Below, one piece after another: positions 12,546-23,860 of a stretch of 42,209 bases of DNA. This DNA comes from Octopus bimaculoides (Eukaryota): positions 38,487,764 to 38,529,972 of the forward strand of contig NC_068982.1 of assembly GCF_001194135.2 (NCBI RefSeq), written 5' to 3'. Under the pieces are notes generated by a model. The model did no database searches. It had not been told where the DNA came from and was given only the letters and a program-made list of their open reading frames with translations. A program made the translations under genes and the position numbers. The stretch's first letter is position 1; every line of letters starts with the position of its first letter.

Positions 12546-13472
12546 ATTTATATATATATCAAAAATATATTAAGTGCATTAAATTTATATATTAAAAATA
12601 CATAAAATATTGTATAAAAATATGTTAAAAAATAAAAAATAAGGCCATATTGTTACAAAATTTCAGGTATTTTATACTCTTTTCATTATCAAAGTTTTAT
12701 TAAGAAAGACTACAAAGCAAAATTAAGTAGTCACAGAAAGATAAAAATGTATGACTGAGTAGAGCATGGTTAGAGAAGCTTTTATGTGTTGCATATTTCA
12801 GCATGTATTATAGACTTTCAGTTATTATTCAATTTTGTCTGGTGAAATACTTTAAAACTAAAATCTCCTGCATGGAAATCGATCTTTGATATGACATGGG
12901 CGTAACTGTTGACTAGTCAGATAAGTTTGTTCATTTTTTTTTTTTTTACATACTTGGCTTTCCATTGTCATATGTTTGAAAAGAGGTAAAATTTATTCAA
13001 ATTTCAAAAACAATAAGCAAAAACTGCAGAGAAAGAATAGAGTGACAGAAAAATAAAGCTTAAATCACTACAATAAAAATAGTTTTTATGTTAATTTAAA
13101 TAACATTGGAAAGGATTCAATAGGTAGAAAAAAAAAACTGAATGATTTTATTTGACAATCCAATATTACAATATTTTTGGAGTATCTACAAATGTATAGT
13201 AATGAATATTGTTTACATAAAATAATTGTTAAAATCGGTTATTTTTCTCTCTCTTCCTCCACACACACACACACTACACAACTAGTGAAAAAACTCCTTT
13301 TGTGAAAAGCATAAATTTGAATGAATGAATTCAACCAGCTTATAACTAATGATAAAACCAAAGTTTTTATTTTCTGTTAAACTATTAATTCTCTTTGTGC
13401 TTATTCTGCTGCATCTCTGCCTCTTTGCACCATACATGCATCTTTTCCATCATTTTTTTTTAATAATTTAAT

Positions 13473-13822
13473 GCTGGTTTCAAGTTTTGGCACAAGACCA
13501 GCAATTTTAGGGAAGAGGTTAAGTTGCTTACATTGACCCCAGTGCTCAACTGGTACTTATTTTATCGACCCCAAAAGTTGACATCGGTGGGATTTGAACT
13601 TATAGTAATAATTTTTTCTACTATGGGCATAAGGTCTGAAATTTTGGGGGAGGCGGCTAGTCAATTACATCGACTCCAGTGCTTAACTGGCAGTTATTTT
13701 ATCAACCCTGAAAAGATGAAAGACAAAGTAATCCCCAGCAGAATTTGAGCTCAGAATGTAAAAGAAGAAGAACTGTTGCAAAGCATTTTGTCCAGTGTGC
13801 TAATGAATCTGCTAGCTTGCTG
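13473..13822 (-). mobile_element. Two tandem SINE family B copies (first truncated)
   Basis: The ctggtacttattttatcgacccc and ggcagttattttatcaaccctgaaaagatgaaag modules occur twice; second copy has the head to ~13822. Confidence 0.8.
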
Positions 13823-14039
13823 ATTGTCACCGGTGCTGGCATTACAATCAATTTATGACACTACCAGATCCTTGAAGTGTATTTGGTGGAGTTTATTCCG
13901 TTAAAGGGATTGGGAAAACACCCTTCCCCTCTTGGTTCCTTCTTTGCTTCCATTTTTCCTCCCAAACATTGACTTACTTATGATCAGACATGACCAGTCT
14001 CACCTGTCAAGGAAAGTCTATCAAACATCATGGACGCTA

Positions 14040-14103
14040 TTCCTCCTCCTCCTCCTCCTACTACTACTACTACTACCACCACCACCACCACCATCACTAC
14101 TAC
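14040..14103. repeat. Compound (CCT)n-(ACT)n-(ACC)n trinucleotide repeat
   Basis: Direct reading. Confidence 0.95.
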
Positions 14104-14160
14104 TTTAACTATTTTAACTCTATACACACACACACGCATACACACACACAAACACAAACT

Positions 14161-14390
14161 CAAGCTGGCAGAAACGTTAGCACACTGGGCAAAATGCTTC
14201 GCGGTATTTCGTCTGCTGCTATGTTCTGAGTTCAAATTCCGCCGAGGTCGACTTTGCCTTTCATCCTTTTGGGGTTGATTAAATAAGTACCAGTTACGCA
14301 CTGGGGTCGATATAATCGACTTAATCCGTTTGTCTGTCCTTGTTTGTCCCCTCTGTGTGTAGCCCCTTGTGAGTAGGTAGTAAAGAAATA
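14161..14390 (+). mobile_element. tRNA-derived SINE family B, well preserved
   Basis: A-box-like tggcagaaacg and B-box gagttcaaattcc, then gtcgactttgcctttcatccttttggggttgattaaataagtacc, which resembles the Deu/Nin SINE central domain. Confidence 0.9.
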
Positions 14391-15522
14391 ACACACACAC
14401 ACACATAAACACACTAACAACATATTTTCGTTTCTTTGTTATTATTTTATTCATAAAATGATTTTTAAAATTAATTATTGCTTTCTTTTTAGAATAACTA
14501 ACTTGGATATATCTACTTCTTCTAAAACCAGAAGGAAAGAAGAGGTTGCTTAACATTTCCGGCAACAATGATAAAATATGAAGAAATTATTGGAAATAGT
14601 TGTGTGACATCAATGAAAAGAATGAAATTACATACATATTTACTTAGAAAAATAATTGCAAAAATAGCAAACATATAATAATATATTGCTTATTTTTCTA
14701 AATATTATCTAAATTGATTATCAAGTCATCAAAAAATTTTTTCCTACATCTTGTGCAACAAAATATTGTTGGTTTTTGAAATTTATTAGTAACCAATATC
14801 AATAAATATTGTATGATACCTTTGTAACTGCTTATTGTCACATGCAGTATATTCAGATATATATTCATTCTACAAAATGATATTCAGAACCAAATCTGTG
14901 CTGCTCCTAAAATAATATCTCTTTACCTTTTTGCTGCTGTAGCACAAATATTCTTTATCTACAACACATCTTCAGTCAACCAACCGGCATCCAATCAACA
15001 ATATTATTCCAATTGGTAAATTAATAATAAAATATCAATAATAATGAACGTTTTCAACTGTTGTATTGAAAATAAATTCCCTTTTTATAAGGTGATTAAG
15101 AATCGCCTGCTAAATAATGCAAAAGATACTCTGAAATCTACCTGAAAAATCATATTTTTAACTTGGAATACAATTTTCACAGTTTCTCTTCCAAATTGTC
15201 GATCTACATCTATAAAGTTTGATATATGCAGAAAACATTGATTGATTAATATTTTATTCAGATTTTATTCAAGACAACATATTTTTGTTGTTCAATTTAT
15301 TTCTTAGCTCTCTCTCTCTCTTTCTGCTACTTCCTAACTTCGTGCGCGTGCGCGCACACGCCTATACACTCTCACACAAACACATGCTCACGCACATACA
15401 CACAAACACATATATATGTATGCATATCTATATTTCTCTCTTTTGCTGTTATTGTTGCTCTTATTGTTGTTGTTGATAAAAATTTAAGCATTATAACTGA
15501 TTTTTAACTGATTGCTTTGTGA

Positions 15523-16470
15523 ATGGATAACCTAACCATGGAAGAAGTGAACTCCGACAGCTCGTGTGACTTTGCACGTTGCTGGACTGTTGCCCTTCAA
15601 GTCACCTTATTGGGATTAATCTCAGCTGTGGGCACATTCAGCAACTCTTTAGTCATCCTGGCTATATTTTTGTTTGATGAACTTCGAACCAAAGCAAAGT
15701 CTTTTGTATGTAATTTAGCTGTCGCTGATCTGATTTTGTGCCTCTTCGTAATTCCTCTACGTACAATGATGATGTTTGCCAGACAACCTTTTGGCTTATG
15801 TCATGTAACGGTGGTAGCACAAGCCACATTCGTCTATACTTCAATAAATACACTAGCTGCCATTTCATATAATCGTTTTGTATTGACGATGAAGACACGG
15901 TCTCAGTACGAGAACACTTTTACTAAACGTAACGTGTTCCTCATTTTATCAACAGTTTGGTGTTTGGCTTTTGGTGCTTCCTTCATGGCTGTCATGTGGA
16001 CTGGAGCACTTAATGTCACCTATGACAACAAGACACGGGCATGTGTGTTTTTGAGAGGAAATGCAACAATTTCAGCCCTTCTGATGGTGCCACTATCATT
16101 ACTCTTTTCACCATTGTTATTAACTCTTTATTTCTATGCCCGTATTTTTTACTATGCTCGTCACTCCGCTGTGTCAGTAACTGGCCATCGCCCAGATGAC
16201 ATTAGTTTCACTTACAAATTGTGTTGCATCACCATTCTTTTCGGAATTTTAAACTTCCCAGCTTGCATTTTGGCTGTAGTACAGGTATTTAGTAGTCCGG
16301 ATGCAAATGAAGTTTTGATTCGTTTTTCCATCATCATCCAGCTACTTAATTCTGCTGTCAACCCAGTTATATATGGGTGGAAAGTGCCAAAATTTCGAAA
16401 TGCGTTTATTCGTATGTTACGCTTGAATACTTGTTTCAAAAGGGCCACAGTGCAGCCTATTAATCACTGA
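15523..16470 (+). CDS. Intronless class A (rhodopsin-like) GPCR, melatonin-receptor-like orphan, 315 aa
   Basis: Seven hydrophobic segments. TM1 SNSLV, TM2 NLAVADL, TM3 Cys and ISYNRF (DRY position), TM4 W, ECL2 YDNKTRAC, TM5 P...Y, TM6 LNFP, TM7 NSAVNPVIY, helix 8 PKFRNAF; N-glycosylation sequon NLT at residue 3. Confidence 0.95.
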   Translation: MDNLTMEEVNSDSSCDFARCWTVALQVTLLGLISAVGTFSNSLVILAIFLFDELRTKAKSFVCNLAVADLILCLFVIPLRTMMMFARQPFGLCHVTVVAQATFVYTSINTLAAISYNRFVLTMKTRSQYENTFTKRNVFLILSTVWCLAFGASFMAVMWTGALNVTYDNKTRACVFLRGNATISALLMVPLSLLFSPLLLTLYFYARIFYYARHSAVSVTGHRPDDISFTYKLCCITILFGILNFPACILAVVQVFSSPDANEVLIRFSIIIQLLNSAVNPVIYGWKVPKFRNAFIRMLRLNTCFKRATVQPINH

Positions 16471-16548
16471 CAAGAATCTCTGTAAAAATATATAAATGAA
16501 AAAATTAAAAATTTAAAAAACTGTAATATTACAATTTTAAAATTAAGT

Positions 16549-16554
16549 AATAAA
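16549..16554 (+). terminator. Candidate polyadenylation signal for the GPCR
   Basis: AATAAA ~80 nt after the stop codon; common by chance in AT-rich DNA. Confidence 0.3.
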
Positions 16555-17097
16555 GAAAACTTCCCAGAAATATTTTCAGAAATATTTGAAAACTAAGAGC
16601 ATTCAGGTTAATAAGAAACTTAGACTTTTTTTTGTATGGAAATAACTGTGAAATGTGTAACTTTTTATTGCTAAAATAAAGTTGTTAAATATGAAATATT
16701 TGGTTTGGGCTTTCAATTGAGTTAAATGAAATTGTCAAAAACTCAACAATATTCTATTTGCAATGTTTGCACACCGATAGATTATTGGTTGAAATTGCGT
16801 TGCTGTTTTCTTTTAATTTTGATTTCTAAACGATCATCTAATATTGATTTGGTTATTGCAACTTCCTTTGTTTACAGATGCTATGGTATTATAAGCCTCA
16901 AATCAATTTTGATTCAGAAATTCTTTTATTATATAAACCTAAGTGTACTTTCCAATTAAATTACTTTTTATTAGGCAATCAAAGCATCTATTTTAAATGA
17001 GCACTGTTCTGATGAAGTAGCCACAGATCTAGATAACTGTACGAACATTTAGAAATCTGAGTATGAGTCTGACTTGTGTTTGAAGTCTTTTACAGTG

Positions 17098-17177
17098 AAA
17101 ATCAGATGTATCTGCTCAAAATCTCATTACTCTTAACTGCAGAAATAACCTTCATATATCAATCTATCTTTTGTTGA
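17098..17177 (+). repeat. ~80-bp dispersed repeat, second copy at 41945..42023
   Basis: aaatcagatgtatctgctcaaaatctcattactcttaa...tatatcaatctatcttttgttga is shared by both sites. Confidence 0.8.
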
Positions 17178-17233
17178 GATATGTTAAATTTATTAAGGCA
17201 ACGTGACTTAAACAAAATATCCATTATATATAT

Positions 17234-17640
17234 TACTCTTTTACTCTTTTACTTGTTTCAGTCTTTTGACTGTGGCCATGCTGGAGCACCGCCTTTAGTC
17301 AAGCAAATCGACCCCAGGACTTATTCTTTGGAAGCCTAGTACTTATTCTTTCGGTCTCTTTTGCCGAACCGCTAGGTTACAGGGACATAAACACACCAGC
17401 ATCGGTTGTCAAGCGATGTTGGGGGGGGACAAACACAGACATACAAACACATACACACATACATATATACATATATATGACAGGCTTCTTTCAGTTCCCG
17501 TCTACCAAATCCACTCACAAGGCATTGGTCGGCCCGAGGCTATAGTAGAAGACACTTGCCCAAGATGCCACGCAGTGGGACTGAACCCGGGACCATGTGG
17601 TTGGTAAGCAAGCTACTTACCACACAGCCACTCCTACGCC
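17234..17640 (-). mobile_element. tRNA-derived SINE family A, full length
   Basis: Minus head ggcgtaggagtggctgtgtggtaag...gggttcagtccc (A/B boxes), CORE-like tcttgggcaagtgtcttc, internal (TG/TA)n, 3' tail ggcggtgctccagcatggccacagtc...gaaacaagtaaaagag. Confidence 0.92.
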
Positions 17641-18859
17641 TATATGTGTATAAATATTGTAGATATTTAATATGATTACAGGAATAACCATGAAATTTAC
17701 TTTTACAGTTAAATGATTAATCTAGAGATAATTATGGACTTAAATGTTCTCTTGCCATCGAATAATTCTGTGTCATTTCAGAAATTGATGATTTTGGGTT
17801 TGTTTGGGATTTTGTTTTCTTTTCATGTTTAGTATCTTCATAAATTAAATATTTTTTCTGATGATGCGTACTTTGTGAGAGCCAATCAATCTAAGACCCA
17901 GTTTTAGTTATCGGAGAAAATCATTTTACATACTTGAGAAGACATGCATGTGACAATTGCATATTTTACTTCTAAAATAGTAGGCAAAATCTCTGATATA
18001 AAGAGGAATATGCTTCATCTTGCTGACTTCCTTTGTAACATTGCAAGCATTAAATAAAAAAAAACAGTATTTCACACTTATTATCCTAGAAAAAGCTTAA
18101 ATTCAGTAGTCTGGAAATGCTAAGAAGAAAGTTAGTTTGAGAGTGTTGTTTCAGCCATGGATAAAAGTCCTTTAAGAAAGGATTTGGAAGTGAATTCAGT
18201 AATGAATTAAGTGTACAGATTGGTGTAGATCTGTCATTAGTTCCCTTCAACTTATTAGAAGACCTTAAAACAAGTTCTTGTGTTGGGAATTTTATATGCT
18301 AATGACTTTGTTCTCATTTATGAATCTCTTTTGTTCCAAAACTAGAAGAATGGTCTAAAATTTGAAAGTTAACATTGCAAAGACTAAAGTGCTTTTGTTT
18401 GTAAGAGAGAAATTGAAGCAAGTAATGGTACCTATAAGATGCTGTGAGATCTCTGAGAGAGTGATAGAATACCAATAATTACCTGTATATGGTTTTCTTC
18501 AACATTTATTTGACATCACAACAAACAAGTGCAACATTTCAGTAACTACTAAGGTGTGCACCATCTGGCTATTTTCACATTCTTTGTCAAAACAATGCAG
18601 TCATATACATTTGTGGTTTTGAAAATGTTTGTTTGATGACATAGAAGACTATTGTACATAATATTTCCCAATCTATATGATGGGAGTTCATAAAAGAACA
18701 TTGTAAATTATCAGCTACATATAGCTTTTCTGAGCGGCAGTGTAAATTCTTTTAAATAAAGAAATAAACTATACAAATGACTATTTGCATATTATTGTTG
18801 ATGTTGTTGTTGCTGCTGTTGTTTAGCCCCAAGTCAGTCCTAATTTAGAAGATTTATGG

Positions 18860-18991
18860 CAGTCATGGGCAACCTGTGTCCTGTGAGGCTTTCTGAAATT
18901 ACCATGCATACTTTTTAGCATCACAGACTGCCTGATGATGATGAGGCATGTTTCATGCAGCCCACTGCTTGAAAAAGGCTATCCATGCCTG
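18860..18991. mobile_element. hAT (Charlie-like) MITE, 132 bp
   Basis: TIRs CAGTCATGGGCAACCT / CAGGCATGGATAGCCT (12/16 match); flanks ATTTATGG / ATCTATGA fit a decayed 8-bp TSD (6/8). Confidence 0.7.
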
Positions 18992-19224
18992 ATCTATGAT
19001 CAAAAGTATCTAATCCATACTCATTCAAGCTCCCTTCTTCAGGAATAATTCATACTGGACTAAATTATTCAATGTGCCATTTTTCAAGTTTGTAAGAGAG
19101 TGGTTTGAGGGAGCATTGTCTATTTTGATAGCTAAAACAGGTTCCTAGTGGTATACATATTGGCTTAAGAGGATCCCTCATTCTTATTTAATGGTGGAAA
19201 AGAGGAAAAACAAATTTACTGTTT

Positions 19225-19528
19225 TATAGTGTCTTCAGGCTGACTAAAGTTTTGTGAGTAGATTTGGTAGATGGAAACTGAAATGAGCCCATTGTATATG
19301 TGTGTGTGTGTCTGTGTGTGTGAGTATGTCTGTGTGTTTGTACTTGTCCCCCACCATTACTTGACAACTGATGTTAGCATGTTTCCATCCCTGTAACTTG
19401 GCAGTTCAGCAAAAGAGTTTGATAAAATAAGTACCAAGCTTTACAAAAATAATAAGTACTGGGCTCAATTCATTTGACACAAATTTTTCAAGGTGGTCAA
19501 ATGACTGATACAAGTAAGAGATAGAAGA
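19225..19528 (+). mobile_element. SINE family A, 5'-truncated
   Basis: ggctgactaaagttttgtgagtagatttggtagatggaaactg, (TG)n, gataaaataagtacc, aaggtggtcaaatgactgatacaag. Confidence 0.85.
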
Positions 19529-21909
19529 TATATATATATATATATATATATATTTGTATTTTGAGTTAAAATAACTTTTGTGGCTTATAATTCTTTAATT
19601 TTTCAATAACTTTACAAATCATATTACATATCCCTTGTGTTTCCATATTTTGCTATGATCCTTGCCTTGCTAAAGGCCTCAGATCCCTTATCTCTCTCTC
19701 TATCTCTTGTATGTGGTGATGCTGATCATTGCTTGTTTGCAGTGCACCCACCCCCCATTCCCACCCCCACCACTAATACTGAAAATCTCTTATACCAGAA
19801 ACACTGACAGACTTGCATACCTCCATCCTACAATCCACCTACCTCTTTCTGTCTATACATAATGGACTAACCAATAACATCTCATTTACTTAAACATTGA
19901 CCTATTATATTTGCAGCAGAAACGCATAGATTTACGATGCTTATAACATTTATATTTACAATACTTACATTACACTCACACCCCACCTCCAACATGTTTC
20001 AATGATGGTAGGTTAAAACAAGAACAATTGATGTGACATGTCTGTTATCAAATGATCATGGAAACCTTTTTTGCAGTGCTGAAGAACATTAGTCCTTCCC
20101 ATGTTCCCTCCCACCTCCTTTTCCTAGTTTTCAGAGTCAGCACTGTCAATGTAGGCTCAAAGAAAGGTAGGTCTAGCGAGATTGTTGAGATGCTTGAATG
20201 GAGGCGTGTTGATGTATGTTGCATCCAAGAGGTAAGGTGGAGAGGAGCTTCAGCCAGGTTCCTCATAGGCAAGACACATAGGTATGAAATCTTCTGGGGA
20301 GGTAACAGTGACAGAGTAGGTATGTGGGCATACTTCTTGCAGAGAAATGGGTGGATAAGGTCATAGAGGTAGTCAGAGTGTGTGATAGAGTGATTAAGCT
20401 TAGGTTAGTCTTACAGAAAAGTATAGTGACAATTATCTCTGCCTATGCCCCACAAGCGGGCCTACAAAATGAACAGAAGGACAATTTTTATGATATTCTT
20501 CTGCAGGCTACCTCAAAGACAAATGACAATGATCTCCTCTTTGTGGCTGGGGATTTCAATGGGCATGTCAGACAGCAGCCTGGTAACATCTATGGAATGC
20601 ATGGGGGCCATGGAATTGGTTCCCGAAACGAAGAAGGAACAAGGCTACTGGAGTTCTGTGATATAAATAACCTTTTGATCTGCAACACTAACTTCAGAAA
20701 GGCAGCCAGCCACCTGATAACCTACCAATCAGGTGTCTGTGCTAGCTAGATCGATTACATTCTCACCAGACAACGGGATGCATGGTTGCTCCTAAATACA
20801 AAGACTGTCCCTGATGAAGAATGCACCCCCCAGCATAGACTAGTCATTAGTGACTTTAGACTCTACACCAGAAGGATACAAAGAAGTAAACCAATCTGGA
20901 AAAGAAGAATTTGGAAACTTAAGGACCCTTCATATGGTCAGAGATTTAGGGACATCTTAATTGAGAAATTTGATGAAATGGAGGAGGAGTTACAGATTTG
21001 TGACATAGAGAGCAACTGAGAATTCTTGAAGTACAGCTTGCTGAGTGCCACAGACCAAATTTGTGGATAATGCTAAGTCCCATCCAGACCTAGGGTAACG
21101 TGGTGGTGGTGGAACGATGTGGCAGACAGGGCTACTAGAGCAAAGAAACAGGCCTGGAAGGTCTGGAAGAATGGTGGTAGCAAGGAATTGTATCAGATTG
21201 CCAGAAGGGATGCTAGAAGACAAGTATATCTAGCCAAGGGTGAAGCAGTAAAGAAGAAGTTTGTCTATGTTCTGCAATGTGAGGACTAAAGAACTGAAAT
21301 GTTTCAGATTGCAAGACAGTGTATGAGAGAAAATCATGATGTCATAGGAGAGAAATGTGTCTGTATGGATGATGGTGCACTTGCATGTAATGATTCTGCA
21401 AAGAAAGGGGTTTGGAAATGCCATTATGAAAGACTGCTGAATGTAGAGAATGAATGGGAGGAGAAGAGTCTGCTAACTGTTGATCCAATTGAGGGACTGG
21501 CTACCTGAATCGACAGTTCCATGGTAGATGAAGTAGTTAAGGATATGAAGATTGGAAAAGCCCCCAGCCCATAAAGAATCACTGCTGAGATGCTTAAAAT
21601 ATCTGGCAGTGTAGGTTATGGTCTAGTCACCTGTATTGTAAATCAGGTGGTTCACGAAGGAGTCATACCCAATGACTGGTGTAGCAGCACCATAGTCAAC
21701 TACTACAAAGGTAAAGGTGATGCCTTAGATAGAAATAAGTACAGAGGTCTCAAATTGCTGGATCAGGTGATGAAAGTTATGGAGAGAGTCATAGCCCAAC
21801 TAATGAGGAAGAGTTATATTAGATGAGATGCAGTTTGGTTTTGTGCCAGGAAGTGGCATCACTGATGCTATATTTCTGGAACTAGAGAAGAAGTTCCAGG
21901 TATAGAATC

Positions 21910-22117
21910 CTTTCTACTATTGGCACAAGGCTGGAAATTTTTGGGGAGGGGGCCAGCCGATTAGATCGACCCCAGTATGCAACTGATACTTAATTTATCA
22001 ACCCCGAAAGAATGAAAGGCAAAGTCGACCTCAGCGGAATTTGAACTCAGAACGTAAGGACAGATGAAATATTGCTAAGCATTTCACCCAGTGTGTTAAC
22101 GATTCTGCCAGCTTGCC
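21910..22117 (-). mobile_element. SINE family B inserted in the RTE
   Basis: Reverse match to 14161..14390; flanked by TAGAATC at 21903..21909 and 22118..22124. Confidence 0.9.
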
Positions 22118-22388
22118 TAGAATCAAAGTACCTTTGAGTTACCCTAGCAAAAATCAAAGTCTTAGTAAGTAGGAAGACAGACAAATCACAAATCCCTTCA
22201 GGTAGTTGGCTCTGCCTGATCTGTAGGAAAAGTGTAGGTAGAAACTTCATAAGATGCACTCAATGTAAGCTTTGGACACACAAAAGCTGCAGCAATATCA
22301 GAGGAGGGTTAATAGGGAAACTAGCTTTTGTATGTGGAAGATGCACAGGTACAATAAATACTGTAGAAAATAAACTCCATCAACTGCC

Positions 22389-22415
22389 NNNNNNNNNNNN
22401 NGGGGGGGGGGGGGG
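22389..22415. other. 13-N gap followed by a 14-G run inside the RTE
   Basis: Direct reading. Confidence 0.95.
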
Positions 22416-23409
22416 AGCAGCTAGAGGTAGTAGATAACTTCCATTATCTAGGTGACTAAGTAGTGGAGGTGGATACTCCGAGAGCATAGCTGTGAGAATA
22501 AGATTAGGCTGGGCAAAGTTCAGAGAGCTCCTACCCCTGCTGGCAACAAAGGGCCTTTCTCTCAGAGTGAAAGGCAGATTATTTGAATGCCTGTGTGCGA
22601 ACAGCTATGCTGCATGGCAGTGAAACACGGGCTGTGACAGCCGAGGACATGCATAGGCTTGAAAGAAACGAAGCCAGTAAGCTTTGCTGGATGTGCAATG
22701 TCAGTGTGCATGTTCGACAGAGTGTAAGCATCTTGAGAGAAAAGTTAGGCATAAGAGGAATCAGATGTGGTGTCCAAGAGAGATGATTGTGTTGGTATGG
22801 TCATGTGATGCATATGGACAACGACAACTGTGTAAAGAAGTGCCAGTCTCTAACTGTGGAGGGAACCTGTGGAAGAGGTAAACCTAGGAAGACATGGGAC
22901 GAGGTGGTGAAGCATGATCTTCAAACTCTGAGCCTCACAGAGGCAGTGACTGGTGACCGAGACCTTTGGCAATGTACTGTGCTCAAGAGGACCCATCAAA
23001 CCTAGTGAAATCATAATCGTGGTAACAAGCACCCATGCTGGTGGTACATAAAGAACACCTTTTGAGCATTGGGCTTCATGGAGGCAAAGTGGCTGAGTTT
23101 CTATCGATTGTTTGGCCTCACGGAGGCAATGTCTAAGATCTTTGGCATTATGTCATGCTTGAGAAGAAGACCCATCAAGCCAAGCAAAATCACGGTTGTG
23201 ACAGATACTGGTGTCACATAAAAGCACACATTACACTCTCAGATTAGTTGGCGTTAGGAAGGGCATTCAGCCATAGAAAACCATGTCAAATCAGAGTGAA
23301 GTCTGGGGCAGCCTTCTAGTGTGTCAGCCGGGTCAATCCATCCAACTCATGGGTCAAACCATCCAAACCATACCATACTGGTATGGACAACAGATGTTAA
23401 ATGATGATG

Positions 23410-23447
<38 letters not shown>

Positions 23448-23724
23448 GAAATACTTGGGCTGGTGCCTGATGTTGCAGTAAACCTACTGGCAGTGAGGGA
23501 CCCCTGTTCTTTGTTAGTCTTCAAGGAGGTTTACTCGTTTATGCAACCTGCTGCTCTACTGACCCAGATATTTTGTTTTGCTTGTCTATGGGACCCTTGG
23601 TATTGCTAGTGAGAGTAATTGTGGTGTTGTGAAAGTTACCCTTGACTTAAAACCCTTGCCACCACTGATACTCACCTGTCAGTGGTGGAAATGAATCAAC
23701 AGCCACCACCATCATCATCATCAT

Positions 23725-23759
<35 letters not shown>

Positions 23760-23765
<6 letters not shown>

Positions 23766-23860
23766 ACAGACTTCTGTATACCAAATTTTACACTCACAAG
23801 GAATTGGCCAATCCAAACTATAGTAGAAGACATTTGCTCGAAGTATCAAGAAGTGAGATC
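23760..23860 (-). mobile_element. SINE family A fragment
   Basis: taccaaattttacactcacaaggaattggccaatccaaactatagtagaagacatttgc. Confidence 0.7.

Larger units (their letters stand above)
20050..23410 (+). mobile_element. RTE-clade LINE, near full length, inactivated
   Basis: APE endonuclease (STVNVGS, CIQEVRW, SAYAPQ, GDFNGH, IDYIL, QHRLV), RT N-half (NDWCSSTIV, YRGLKLL, QFGFVPG, TDAIFL), C-terminal ETRAV...GRGKPRKTW, 3' end ...gttaaatgatgatg. Multiple stops and frameshifts; 5' boundary uncertain. Confidence 0.95.

Noticed and set aside
13984-14568. 194-aa minus-strand ORF
   Set aside because: Reads through SINE B and trinucleotide repeats.
17009-17046. CTGATGA...GAAC hammerhead-like motif
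   Set aside because: GAAA is broken, and stems I and III are not evident.
17560-17640. tRNA gene (also 9960-10023 and 14161-14250)
   Set aside because: A/B boxes are present but there is no complete cloverleaf, and each runs into a SINE body.
22402-22415. G-quadruplex-forming run
   Set aside because: Abuts an N-gap; the length is probably a sequencing artefact of a short G-run in the RTE.
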